The notes below the pieces were generated by a model that did not search any database, was not told the origin of the DNA, and worked only from the letters and a program-made list of their open reading frames with translations. From an uncultured Bdellovibrio sp. (GTDB taxonomy: Bacteria > Bdellovibrionota > Bdellovibrionia > Bdellovibrionales > Bdellovibrionaceae): a stretch of 64,000 nucleotides of DNA. Below, one piece after another: positions 18,640 through 28,545 of the stretch; the first letter of the stretch is position 1; the number at the start of each line of letters is the position of its first letter. The DNA lies in contig CAWVRN010000022.1 of assembly GCA_963932905.1 (NCBI GenBank), forward strand, positions 1 to 64,000. Reading direction: 5' to 3'. The position numbers and the translations under genes are program-made.

Positions 18640-20027
18640 AATTCATCCCCCTCTAATGTTTTTTGTTTGAGTTCAAATCCATATTTTTTCATTTTTTCAC
18701 GTACAGTACTCCGACTAAGACCTAGTATTCGGGCTGTAGCTGCTATCGATCCACCTTCTTCGATAGCTTTTAGAACAATTTTTTTCTCGGTGCTCATTTG
18801 ACTCAGTTTAAGCATTTCTAAATCCGCAGGCTTTATTTTTATGTTAGAAATGTCGGCTCGTGTTTTTAATAAATCGGCATCCAGGTATTTTTCTGGCGAA
18901 AGGTTTACTAAAAATCGAATGCAATGCTCTAGTTCACGCACATTGCCTGGCCAACTTAGTTTTTTAAGTTCCTCAGCAGTAGATTCTAGAAGAATTTTAT
19001 TTTCTCCTGACTCTGCATTGGCTTTTTTTAAAAAAGCTTGCGCCAGAATAAGAATATCTTCTGGCCGTTCTCTGAGCGGCTTGACATTAATAGGAAGGAC
19101 ATTGAGCCTAAAGAACAAATCCTCACGAAAAGATTTTTCTGCAATCAGTTTTTCTAACGGAGCATTGGTCGCTGCAATTAGTCTGAAATCTATTTTTTTA
19201 CTTTCATTTGAACCCACAGGAGTAATTGTTTTTTCTTGAAGAACACGCAGTAAAGTGGCCTGCAAATGTTTCGGCATTTCGCCGATCTCATCTAAAAAAA
19301 TCGACCCGCCGCTAGCACTTTCAAAATGGCCTTTTCGGCTGCGAGCGGCTCCAGTGAAGGCGCCTTTTTCATGACCAAAGAGTTCACTTTCAATTAAATT
19401 TTCTGGAATAGCAGCGCAATTGACAGCAACAAATGGCATTCTGTTTCTTGGCGAAAGATTGTGTATGGCGCGGGCCACTTTTTCTTTTCCCGTTCCATTT
19501 TCGCCACGAATCAAGACCGAATCATTTGCTGGTGCAAATTTTTGAATGAGCCTTGCTACATCAGCCATTGATTCTGAAACTCCAATCATGCCAACCGATG
19601 AAATTAATTTTTGATTGTCTGTGTGTGTAGAAATTAACAGCGGTTTTTCACGACGTTCGACTTCACGACAGGCGCGATGCAAAATCCCCAGCAGCTTTGC
19701 TTCGCCGATATCTTTTTCAACAAAGAAAACTGCACCAGAGTTTAAAGATTTATTGTGCGCATCGATAGAATCATCACCAGACAAAGCCAGGACAGTAAGC
19801 TTAGGTTCAATCTGTTTGAGTTTTTGAATAGTCTCAGGGCCTTGGATTTCTGGCATATGGTAATCAACTAGGGCTAAAGAAAATGATGCTACCCTTTGAC
19901 GAATAAGTGCGATGGCCTCATCACCGGTAGACACAGCACGAACAAAGAAGCCTTCATCGTTTAAAAACGAAGTCATTGAACGCCGAAATGCCAGATCATC
20001 ATCTACGAGTAGGATGTTGTGCTTCAA
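18636..20027 (-). CDS. Sigma54-dependent response regulator (NtrC family)
   Basis: Receiver (LLVDDD, DYHMP), AAA+ GENGTGKE, GAFTGA, FLDEIG, WPGNVREL, Fis-type HTH. Confidence 0.97.
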   Translation of the reverse strand: MKHNILLVDDDLAFRRSMTSFLNDEGFFVRAVSTGDEAIALIRQRVASFSLALVDYHMPEIQGPETIQKLKQIEPKLTVLALSGDDSIDAHNKSLNSGAVFFVEKDIGEAKLLGILHRACREVERREKPLLISTHTDNQKLISSVGMIGVSESMADVARLIQKFAPANDSVLIRGENGTGKEKVARAIHNLSPRNRMPFVAVNCAAIPENLIESELFGHEKGAFTGAARSRKGHFESASGGSIFLDEIGEMPKHLQATLLRVLQEKTITPVGSNESKKIDFRLIAATNAPLEKLIAEKSFREDLFFRLNVLPINVKPLRERPEDILILAQAFLKKANAESGENKILLESTAEELKKLSWPGNVRELEHCIRFLVNLSPEKYLDADLLKTRADISNIKIKPADLEMLKLSQMSTEKKIVLKAIEEGGSIAATARILGLSRSTVREKMKKYGFELKQKTLEGDEL

Positions 20028-20064
20028 ATTTTAATTCCCCCCACATTTTCCCTTCAATCACTGT

Positions 20065-20081
20065 TACAAATATAGTGCCCA
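20065..20081 (-). promoter_or_regulatory. Candidate sigma54 (-24/-12) promoter for the regulator operon
   Basis: Minus strand TGGGCACTATATTTGTA (GG-N10-GT, one deviation from GG-N10-GC). Confidence 0.5.
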
Positions 20082-20247
20082 AGCAGTTTGAACGCGAGCC
20101 TGCGTTTAAACAGATTTAGTAAAGTAACTCGCTTTAGATAAGGACTTTTAAGAGCCTAAAATGTGAATTTTCTGCATGGTCAAACTGCACCGGCTTTGCA
20201 CGCACCTCGTAAGTGATTGTAACATCAATCGATTTGAATGGTTTTGG

Positions 20248-20567
20248 GGTGGCGGTTGTCCGCCAGGGGAACCTCCATAGGATTCGCATAATTCGCCAAG
20301 CGATGTTGCTCGCTTGATTGGCCCCGTTCAAATTGGAATAGTATTTGCGATTAGTACCAACACAGCACACGTTAAGAGCAAATTTTTTATTCAATTTAAA
20401 CGATAGGGATTCAATAACATTAATCTGATGGCTAAAGCTTAGTAGTCCGCGGCTTCACCTGGCGATAATCTTGCCGCCACTGGTGGATAGCCGCCACCCT
20501 CATCATTTTTCTAAATCTTTGAATTGCTTTCTAATTTCCAAAACAGGGGTGGCGAATAACCGCCACC
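20248..20567. repeat. Three TGGYG-N6-CGCCACC palindromic boxes, candidate enhancer (UAS) sites
   Basis: Copies at 20248-20265 (inverted), 20481-20498, 20550-20567; degenerate copy at 20460-20480. Confidence 0.7.
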
Positions 20568-20732
20568 TATTTTCATAAAGCATTTTTCTGCTTCGTTCAT
20601 TTTTTTCATTCTTATCATTTACTTAACTGTTTTGGCTTCTCATTAAAATTTGTTGTTGTCGTTCTTGCTCCTTAGATCACCTCAATGGCTGTCGTAGTGG
20701 CGGCTTCTAACACAAACAAAGGAGGTGCATCT

Positions 20733-20939
20733 ATGAATGCAAAACAAAATAGAGAGCAAACAAAACATCGGACACAGCTAAATCTAGCGCTGATCACGTT
20801 AGAAAAAGCTGAGCCGCGCTCAATCTGGCAAAAAATCAAATCAGTGCTTTCAACATCTGATTTAGATTTTGAAAATTGGCAGCGACTGGAGTCAAAAAAA
20901 TTTAAACATGGTTTCTCCGACCAGAGGAGGAATCAATAA
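20733..20939 (+). CDS. Hypothetical protein, first gene of transfer operon
   Basis: Strong SD AAAGGAGGT before ATG 20733; coupled to next gene. Confidence 0.65.
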   Translation: MNAKQNREQTKHRTQLNLALITLEKAEPRSIWQKIKSVLSTSDLDFENWQRLESKKFKHGFSDQRRNQ

Positions 20940-21190
20940 TGTCCCGTACATTAAAAGATAAAAGACCTATTTATCGCCGTGATGATGAACCCATTTACAA
21001 AACTCATGAGGAACCTGTTTTAAAACGACGATTTCTTAACTTCAGAAAATCAGGACCACGCCTGGACGGAGAAGAGTGTCCAGAATGTGGCGGGCTTACA
21101 CACTTTCAAAGTGGTTATCTAACTTGCTGTGAGTGCGGCTGGACAGAAGATGTAGTTGATATGTGTGATTTGGAAAGGTTCGCCGTATGA
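20939..21190 (+). CDS. Small zinc-ribbon protein
   Basis: CPECGG...LTCCECGW. Confidence 0.7.
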   Translation: MSRTLKDKRPIYRRDDEPIYKTHEEPVLKRRFLNFRKSGPRLDGEECPECGGLTHFQSGYLTCCECGWTEDVVDMCDLERFAV

Positions 21191-21600
21191 GTAAGCGAGC
21201 AGATTTTCCTTTTAGCAACGTAATTCCCATCAGAAAAACAGATCACTTTGGCGTATACACCGGCGATGTGCTTCCAAGCGGTGAAGTTATTGAAGGAGAA
21301 AGTGTTGGAATTGCTTTTTTAAAACAAGGCAGCAAGAAATTTCGTCTTAAACTCTTTGTTTATCCGAACAATAGCTACTTCGTCGTTCCCGACGACAAAG
21401 ACGACGCCAAGTACATCGTTCTAAGCCTAGAGGAATACCAGCTTTCCGGGGGCGAAACACGTTCGCATTGGAACCGGATCGGCGAAGGAAAACTTACCGG
21501 AAGCTTTATCGCGCTTCGACTACAGCTCATTCCGGAGCCGCTATTCCTGTGTCTATTTCCAGAAAAAAATATCGCCGAGGAGGACGCAATTGCATCTTAA
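21187..21600 (+). CDS. Hypothetical protein (DUF736-like beta fold possible)
   Basis: Duplicated VGIAF..G...F.LKL / WNRIGEG...G.F..L.L pattern; coupled in operon. Confidence 0.55.
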   Translation: MSKRADFPFSNVIPIRKTDHFGVYTGDVLPSGEVIEGESVGIAFLKQGSKKFRLKLFVYPNNSYFVVPDDKDDAKYIVLSLEEYQLSGGETRSHWNRIGEGKLTGSFIALRLQLIPEPLFLCLFPEKNIAEEDAIAS

Positions 21601-21637
21601 TCAATTTACTCAAAACAAAAATATAGGAGGTGAAAAT

Positions 21638-21922
21638 ATGAATCGAAAACAATTCTTTTTCTATGCCGTACTCACAGCTATGATCTTTATCGTTCCAGAG
21701 ATTGGCCTAGCGAGTGTGGAATCTTCGCTTATGGGGATTCAAACAAAGCTCACGCGAGTAATTCTACCGTCGCTCTCGATCTGCGCCATTGCCTGGGCTG
21801 CATTTTCAATGATGTCCGGCAATGACAAATCAAAAACGCATCTTTGGTATGCGATTATTGCAACGATTGTGGGCTTCGGGGCGGAATCCATCGTTAATTT
21901 TATATCAACGACGGTGCGCTAA
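21638..21922 (+). CDS. VirB2/TrbC-like pilin
   Basis: Small, leader plus two hydrophobic helices, precedes VirB3/VirB4; SD GGAGGTG. Confidence 0.8.
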   Translation: MNRKQFFFYAVLTAMIFIVPEIGLASVESSLMGIQTKLTRVILPSLSICAIAWAAFSMMSGNDKSKTHLWYAIIATIVGFGAESIVNFISTTVR

Positions 21923-22245
21923 TGAGTAACGAATCAATTCTAACTTCGACCGTGCCACGCACGCTAGAAACAAAAAACAAAATTTTAGGATTGGAACTTT
22001 CAGACGTTCTTGTCCTTCTTCTTAACCTTTCAGCGCAAAACCTAGTTTTTGGGTCAACAAGTTTTAAAATTCCGATGGTGTTTGGAACAAGTTTATTTCT
22101 TGGGCTAACTCTTTTCTTTTTCAAAAAAGGAAAGCCCGATCACTACCTTCAACACTTCGTTGAGCATTTCATTTCACCAACGGTTTTCGCGGCGAACGCA
22201 ATTGATCTTCAATACCGCAGATTTAACAAAGGGGGTAAGTTATGA
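21922..22245 (+). CDS. VirB3/TraL-like membrane protein
   Basis: 107 aa, two TM, KGKPD.YL.H motif, directly before VirB4. Confidence 0.7.
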   Translation: MSNESILTSTVPRTLETKNKILGLELSDVLVLLLNLSAQNLVFGSTSFKIPMVFGTSLFLGLTLFFFKKGKPDHYLQHFVEHFISPTVFAANAIDLQYRRFNKGGKL

Positions 22246-24704
22246 TTGAAGCTGCATTGTGTGAACAACTTCCATTTTGGGAATTTGAACAAAACCCGAT
22301 TCCTCATGCCATTTTATCGGACGGCTCTATTTCGGCTGGTATCGAGCTTTTGCCACTAGATATTGAATGCTTTGATGAATCCAGAATCAATCAACTGACA
22401 TTAGGATTAAGAGCGTTTACCAACTCGCTACCAGAAGGAACCACGGCGCAATTTTTAGTAAAGGTTGAATCTGACATTGAAGAAGTTCTTAAAAAACACT
22501 GTGACTTAGTTTCTACTGAAAATGAATTTTTAAAACACCTTGACGAAAAGCGATCACTACACTTATTCGATCAAATTCAGTCAGAATCTATTTTTCGACC
22601 AAGGCTTTTCTTTTTCCTAAGAACGTCTGGTGTTCAAAAGCCCAAGGCGCTTTCTTTCGGTAAAACTAAAACATTTTCAATGGAATTTGAAAAAAGTCAT
22701 GAAGATCGGATTCAGACTCTAGGTCAGGCCATTGAAGGTGCGTCTGGCCTTCTTTCATCACTTGGGTTTACGACAACTCGCTGCGAGCGAGAGGATCTTA
22801 TTCAAATCCTTTACAGCTATTTTAACCCTAAACGATCCAAGGAAATCGAAAAGCCGCATGTTTCAATAAAATCAACCGATTTAGACGACATTTCCCCAAG
22901 GGCACAAATTGTGTTTGGCGATCTGATTCTTGATCGTGAAGATTTTATTTTAGATCAGCGTCGGACTAGAGTCCTCACTTTAAAAACGCTTCCTGAAATG
23001 ACTTTCGGTGGAATGATGAGCTCTTTTCTGGCTTTGCCATTTAAATATGAACTAATTTTTTCGTTTCGTATCCAGGACCAAGCGAGTGAGATAAAAGTAT
23101 TAGAAAGTAAACGCCGTATGGCACATTCGCTTTCCAGCACAGCAAGCAATAGAGTCTCAGATTTGGAGAGCGAATCAAGGCTTTCACAAACGACTGATCT
23201 TCTACGTGAGCTGATCGAAACTGGTCAGCGCATTTACCAAGCTGAAATGATAGTGATTCTTCGTGAATCAGCAAGTATCGAAGGTGAAAAGAAATTAAAC
23301 TTACGAACGAAAGAAGTTTTGTCGCGGTTTAAAACCTTAAGTGGCTCTGAAGGAATTCAAGAAACCGTCGGTGCTTGGAAAACATTTAAATCAGATTTAC
23401 CTTTGGCCCCGCTAAGTCTTGTACGCGCGAAAGCCATGAAGACAAACAATCTTGTTGATTTTCTTCCGCTCTACGGAGCTGCCACAGGTGACGATAATCC
23501 GGTTTGTTTAACAAAGACTCGGCTCGGAACACTGTATTCTTATGATCCCTATTCATCTCGTCTTAGCAACTACAATGTGCTTACGACAGGTTCTAGCGGA
23601 TCAGGAAAAAGCTTTGCAAATAATTTTTTGATGCTTCAGCAGATCGCGCGCGGCAGCAGACTATATGTGATCGACATTGGTGGATCATACAAAAAGATGA
23701 CCGAGGTTTTAGGTGGCCAGTATTTTGAGATCAATCTTTCTGGCACATACGTCATTAATCCTTTTGAATTGTTAAATCCAGCCGAACCTCCAAGTGGAGA
23801 TCGCCTTAAAGGCTTTGTCAGCATCATCGAGCAAATGGTCGTCGATCAGGGTGAAAAATTAAACCGTTTTGATCGAGTTCAGCTAGAGGCGGCATTGACG
23901 GCAGTGTTTGAAAAAGCCCGGAAAGAATCCAAACCTCGCTCGCCTTTACTCACGGATCTTGCAAAACATTGCCTGAACGATTCTGAAGAAAGTTTAAAAC
24001 GAATTGGAAAGCTTCTTTTCCCGTGGGTTGGTAAAACTCCCTATGGAAAATTGCTTGATGGCGAGGGAAAAATTGCAGTTGATAAATCTGTCGTAGCCTT
24101 CGACCTGAAAGGACTTTCGCAGTACCCGGATCTTCAATCAGTGATGATTCTGATTTTGACAAACTTCATTTTAGAGCAAGTCGAAACTAATCGCACAGTT
24201 CCAAAGCGCGTTTTATTAGATGAGGCCTGGGAGCTTTTAAAAAGTCCAGCAGCAAGTTCTTTTATGGAATATGCCGCACGCACGTTTCGTAAAACTGGAA
24301 GCGGAATCACATTCATTACCCAAGGCGTGGAAGAGATTATTGCAAGCGGAATGGGGCCAGCGATTTTAAATAACACGGCCACAAAACTTGTAATGCTCCA
24401 AAAGGGCGACACGAATGTTCTGCGCGAAGCTTTAAAGCTCAATTCACAAGAGCTTAGGCTTATTCAAAGCTTAGAGCAAAGAAAAGGACTATTTAGTGAA
24501 GGCTTTTTAATGGAGGGTGAAAGCCGTCAGATTATCCGAATTGAACCATCACCACTGGAATATTGGATTTCGACTTCTGATGCTCGTGATAATCAGTTTT
24601 TAAATCAATTGCGTGATAAGGGCCACTCGCTTGAGTCAGCTTTATTGAAAGCGGCAGAGCTTGCGCCATTCGGAGTTTCTTCCATGAAGGCGGTGGCCGC
24701 ATGA
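22242..24704 (+). CDS. virB4: VirB4/TraC conjugative ATPase
   Basis: Walker A GSSGSGKS, VIDIGGSY, INPF, Walker B LLDEAW, RTFRK...ITQ. Confidence 0.95.
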   Translation: MIEAALCEQLPFWEFEQNPIPHAILSDGSISAGIELLPLDIECFDESRINQLTLGLRAFTNSLPEGTTAQFLVKVESDIEEVLKKHCDLVSTENEFLKHLDEKRSLHLFDQIQSESIFRPRLFFFLRTSGVQKPKALSFGKTKTFSMEFEKSHEDRIQTLGQAIEGASGLLSSLGFTTTRCEREDLIQILYSYFNPKRSKEIEKPHVSIKSTDLDDISPRAQIVFGDLILDREDFILDQRRTRVLTLKTLPEMTFGGMMSSFLALPFKYELIFSFRIQDQASEIKVLESKRRMAHSLSSTASNRVSDLESESRLSQTTDLLRELIETGQRIYQAEMIVILRESASIEGEKKLNLRTKEVLSRFKTLSGSEGIQETVGAWKTFKSDLPLAPLSLVRAKAMKTNNLVDFLPLYGAATGDDNPVCLTKTRLGTLYSYDPYSSRLSNYNVLTTGSSGSGKSFANNFLMLQQIARGSRLYVIDIGGSYKKMTEVLGGQYFEINLSGTYVINPFELLNPAEPPSGDRLKGFVSIIEQMVVDQGEKLNRFDRVQLEAALTAVFEKARKESKPRSPLLTDLAKHCLNDSEESLKRIGKLLFPWVGKTPYGKLLDGEGKIAVDKSVVAFDLKGLSQYPDLQSVMILILTNFILEQVETNRTVPKRVLLDEAWELLKSPAASSFMEYAARTFRKTGSGITFITQGVEEIIASGMGPAILNNTATKLVMLQKGDTNVLREALKLNSQELRLIQSLEQRKGLFSEGFLMEGESRQIIRIEPSPLEYWISTSDARDNQFLNQLRDKGHSLESALLKAAELAPFGVSSMKAVAA

Positions 24705-25402
24705 AAAAGAAATTTGTCGCAATTTCGTTGTGCTTTTCCATGATGCTTTCCCCAAGGGCCGCGAAAGCGGACCTCTTTGGCGGAGATGTTGCCGTTCTTC
24801 TTCAAATTCTTGCGCAGGCCATTCAAACCGTTACGACACTTCAAAGCGTTTTAGAAAACGGCAAAGATTCCCTTAATCTTATGCGCGATCTAAATGCTGG
24901 GATTAGAAGTGGTATTGATGTCATTCGTATCATCAATCCTAACTTCAATCCAGGTGTCTATGGGGATTTAAAAGATGCTGATCGTGTGCTTGCTGCGATT
25001 GAAGCTGTCTATGGAATTGTACCAAAAGGCATGGACGAAGACCTTATGCGTTCGCAAGATCAAAGCGTTTCTGAAGTTATCGCTATGAATCGTAATCTTT
25101 ACGACTACGCCGATCAAGTGGACCTCGAGCGTGACAAAATTATTTATCACGCTCAAGTCGTTAGCCCCCAAGGGGCTGGCAAGCTTCAAAACCAAGCTTT
25201 AGGCGTTCTAATCGGGGTCACTACGCAGCTTCTTCGCACGCAAAGTCAAATGCTCAAACTCATGGCGCAAAACATGGCCTATGACACGCGACAGGAAAAG
25301 CTATCAACACAGAACTTTCAGGAAAACTATCAGGGGCTCTCGAAAGGGTTTGAAAGTTTACCGAAAGACACAAAGCTTCCGCGCTTAGGTGGTGGCAAAT
25401 GA
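24701..25402 (+). CDS. VirB5/TrbJ-like exported protein
   Basis: Signal peptide, Gln-rich helical protein between VirB4 and VirB6. Confidence 0.6.
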   Translation: MKKKFVAISLCFSMMLSPRAAKADLFGGDVAVLLQILAQAIQTVTTLQSVLENGKDSLNLMRDLNAGIRSGIDVIRIINPNFNPGVYGDLKDADRVLAAIEAVYGIVPKGMDEDLMRSQDQSVSEVIAMNRNLYDYADQVDLERDKIIYHAQVVSPQGAGKLQNQALGVLIGVTTQLLRTQSQMLKLMAQNMAYDTRQEKLSTQNFQENYQGLSKGFESLPKDTKLPRLGGGK

Positions 25403-26274
25403 TGCCAAATCTTGAAGTGCTCGGAACTTTAGTGCGCGAGCTGTACCAAGGGTTAAGCCAGCTTTTCTATCTGATGTTGCCTGTTGCGATTTTATTTTCA
25501 GTGGTCTTTGGCTTTTTGAAGTCAGGTGATCCAAATTATCCAGACATTCTGAAGCGGGCTTTTGTTGCAGCACTTCTTATTGTTTCATTTCCTGAAGTTT
25601 CAAATCTTATTCTGGATGTTTGTGATGGTATAGCTTCAAAAATTGACGATATGTCGGGCCTTGAAGCTTTTATGAAGATTGCGCAAGAGAAATCACTTGG
25701 ATATGCCGCCGCCAAGAAAATTCTGCTGCTAAAATTCGATGGCTTTTTTATGGCGATTTTAAGTTTTGCAAGCTTTGCTCTACTCTATATCGCAAAGTAT
25801 TTGACGGTTGTTCTTTACTATTTTTATTGGGGACTTTTGTCGATTGCAGCACCTCTGATGATTCTTTGCTATATGTTTCCAGCAACAGCCAACATCACTG
25901 TGAATCTCTACAAGGGTCTAATTGAAGTTGCGTCATGGAAAATTATCTGGGCGATTTTATCGGCCATGCTGAAATCAATTTCGTTTGGATTCATCTATGA
26001 AAATGAGCAATCCTATCTGCCACTTGTAGCCATGAATTTTATTATTGCTATCGCTCTACTTTTTACTCCAAGGATTTTGAAATCATTAATTGGTGAAGGT
26101 GTTCAATCAACAGCAGCAAATATCGGAGCAACAGCCGTTTCGGGTGTAATGACTGCTATCACGCCAGCGGCAAAATTAGCACAAGGAGCAAAGCTTTCGC
26201 AAGTCATCATGCCGCGAGCGTGGAGTGTTCCTAATCAAAAATTCAAACCAACAACAACAAACAAACGACCTTAA
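25399..26274 (+). CDS. VirB6/TrbL-like polytopic membrane protein
   Basis: Multiple TM helices, APL motif, operon position. Confidence 0.7.
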   Translation: MMPNLEVLGTLVRELYQGLSQLFYLMLPVAILFSVVFGFLKSGDPNYPDILKRAFVAALLIVSFPEVSNLILDVCDGIASKIDDMSGLEAFMKIAQEKSLGYAAAKKILLLKFDGFFMAILSFASFALLYIAKYLTVVLYYFYWGLLSIAAPLMILCYMFPATANITVNLYKGLIEVASWKIIWAILSAMLKSISFGFIYENEQSYLPLVAMNFIIAIALLFTPRILKSLIGEGVQSTAANIGATAVSGVMTAITPAAKLAQGAKLSQVIMPRAWSVPNQKFKPTTTNKRP

Positions 26275-26294
26275 CGGTCAAAGGAGGTATTTTT

Positions 26295-26885
26295 ATGAAA
26301 GATAAAATTTCAATCCAACTTAGTTCATACCCAAAAGCCATGCGAGAATTTGCCGAAGAAAATTTAAATATCAAATTTCTTCTAAGCGCATTGCTTGCGG
26401 TTACATTTTTAATGCTGATTTTAGTGCTTTACCTTACTAAGCAAGGCCCAAAGGTGATCGCACTTGAAAGTAGTGGCGCAATCGCTACGATTGAAACCAA
26501 AGTCACCGATGCGCAAATTGAATCGGCTGCGAAAGAGTACATTCGTCACCGCTATTCATGGAATGAGCAAACTATTTCCGAAGAGCTATCAAAAGCAAAA
26601 TTTTTTGTTTTGCCGTCGCTAGCCTCAGCGTTTGAACGCTCGATGCAAGAGACAATGAAGTTCGTTCGAGAAAAGAAAGTTCGACAGCGTGTTTATCCAA
26701 AGACCATCACAGTTGATCTAAAAGAAAAACGAATTAGTGTTTTAGCGGATCGAATTACAGAGTTTGATAACCTGAAGGCTGCAACCGAGCTTAGGCTTTC
26801 TCTTCAGTTCACAATTGATGATCGAACTGTCATTAATCCGTGGGGTGTGTATGTAACAAAAGAAACTGAGGAGGCTACACTATGA
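26295..26885 (+). CDS. VirB8/TrbF-like protein
   Basis: Single TM, C-terminal R...NPWG.YV motif. Confidence 0.8.
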   Translation: MKDKISIQLSSYPKAMREFAEENLNIKFLLSALLAVTFLMLILVLYLTKQGPKVIALESSGAIATIETKVTDAQIESAAKEYIRHRYSWNEQTISEELSKAKFFVLPSLASAFERSMQETMKFVREKKVRQRVYPKTITVDLKEKRISVLADRITEFDNLKAATELRLSLQFTIDDRTVINPWGVYVTKETEEATL

Positions 26886-27595
26886 GGTTGTATATAATTT
26901 CTTTCGTTTTTTCGATTTTTATTACAACAACCGCAAGTATTGCTCAGATCCGAAAAACACACGCCAAAGAAGACGACATCCTTACAGTTAAAACGGCTTT
27001 GGGGATTGCAACGCTCTTGCAACTTCCAGAATCCATTCAATCAGCGATTATTGGTGATCTATCAGGGTTTAAAATCGAGTATCTTGAAAAAGCAGTAACG
27101 ATCAAGCCCCTTCGCTTCGGTGCAAAGACTAATTTGTATCTGGTAACGGGATCTCGGCGCTATAATCTTAGGCTGGTAACTGGAACTCAAGAGCTAGCTG
27201 ATTATATCGTGTACTTAAAGAAACCAGAAACACCAAAGCCTGAAACGAAGTGGCGTAATTTTTCTAAATCAGCCACGCAAAAAAATTTGAAACTTTCAGT
27301 TGTTCGAATCGGACAGACGCCAAGTGGATTCATCTTGATGGATGCAATTCTAACTTCGACTCAAGTTCAGCGAATAACAGTTCGGCCTGAATCTATTTGG
27401 ATTAAGCAGGCTGGAAACTCAAAAGTCATAAATAGTCTTTTTATGTCCGATTCTAAGGTCGAAAAAGATAAAGCGCTACGGATCGGTCTATCGCTAGCTA
27501 AGTCTGATTTAGCAGCTGGAAAGCCCATAACAATTGAGGTCAATTCAGAGCAATCTATATCCCTTCAAATCTTGGAGGCTGAATTATGGAAGTAA
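26882..27595 (+). CDS. VirB9/TrbG-like protein
   Basis: Signal peptide, IKP....KTNL..VT..R.Y motif. Confidence 0.75.
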   Translation: MRLYIISFVFSIFITTTASIAQIRKTHAKEDDILTVKTALGIATLLQLPESIQSAIIGDLSGFKIEYLEKAVTIKPLRFGAKTNLYLVTGSRRYNLRLVTGTQELADYIVYLKKPETPKPETKWRNFSKSATQKNLKLSVVRIGQTPSGFILMDAILTSTQVQRITVRPESIWIKQAGNSKVINSLFMSDSKVEKDKALRIGLSLAKSDLAAGKPITIEVNSEQSISLQILEAELWK

Positions 27596-28545
27596 AAAAT
27601 AAACTCTCCGTTATTAGAGACAAGCTTAAAACATTAAAAAATGGACTAAAAACTTCTGTCATCCAAGAAAATGCATTCAGTAAAAAATTTGATCTGAATA
27701 TCAAGACCATAAAACTTTTAGCGATCTTTGGCGTAGTAGTTTTCGTCACCGTTGTATTTATGATTCCAACGGACGTTCCTATCGAATTTACGGAAAAGAT
27801 TGAACGCTCGGATGAAAAGAAACCTGATTCTAACAACTCGCAAAATGCATTGCAAAACCAACAATCAGCTCAAGCGCTATGGGCAGCACCCAGGGTTTCG
27901 ATTCCGGGTGGATCAGCAGGAAACCCGGTCAATTACAATACATCAATGATCGTTGGTTCAAAACTCGGTAACGCAAAGACCGAGCTGCGCTCTGGAATTC
28001 GCGTGGCTTTAAGACTTATGGATAAGGTCATAGTTTCTCAAGACCCTGTTCCAATCTTGGCAGAGTCTATCCTTGATTCGGTTTCTGACTCTGGGTTAAG
28101 GCTTCCAGCTGGAACAAAATTCTACGGACAAGCGAGCTTTCAAAAAGGATCTGATCGTGCGCAAATTCGCTTCGATCAAATTTCTTTAGCCAGCGGACAA
28201 ATCAAACGCATTTCAGCATTTGCGCTAGATAAATCAGGACAGGCAGGCATTTCGGGAAAAGTTTTTTCAGATGGAATGAAAAACGCAACTGGCCAAGTAC
28301 TTACAACCTTTGTTGGGGGACTTGCCGCAGGAAGCATGCAAACCGATATTAAGGGAAATTCCAAAGGCGGCATTGAAAATGGACTACTCGGTGCGGTCGC
28401 TGCAACTGCACAGACTCGTGCGCAAAACTACGGCGAAAAATTAAAAACCGAAAGAGAATGGATCGAATTAAACCCAGGCACCGAGTGTGATGCGGTTTTA
28501 AATGATGCTTTCAAATTACAAGAAGGAGGTGAAAATTATGAGTAA
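27586..28545 (+). CDS. VirB10/TrbI-like protein
   Basis: N-terminal TM, LPAGTK..G, D..G.AG..G motif. Confidence 0.8.
   Translation: MEVKNKLSVIRDKLKTLKNGLKTSVIQENAFSKKFDLNIKTIKLLAIFGVVVFVTVVFMIPTDVPIEFTEKIERSDEKKPDSNNSQNALQNQQSAQALWAAPRVSIPGGSAGNPVNYNTSMIVGSKLGNAKTELRSGIRVALRLMDKVIVSQDPVPILAESILDSVSDSGLRLPAGTKFYGQASFQKGSDRAQIRFDQISLASGQIKRISAFALDKSGQAGISGKVFSDGMKNATGQVLTTFVGGLAAGSMQTDIKGNSKGGIENGLLGAVAATAQTRAQNYGEKLKTEREWIELNPGTECDAVLNDAFKLQEGGENYE

Noticed and set aside
20134..20394. 86-aa minus-strand ORF in the divergent control region
   Set aside because: No SD or recognisable motif; overlaps the repeat boxes
20620..20680. Sigma54 promoter for the tra operon
   Set aside because: No GG-N10-GC match; only weak partial matches
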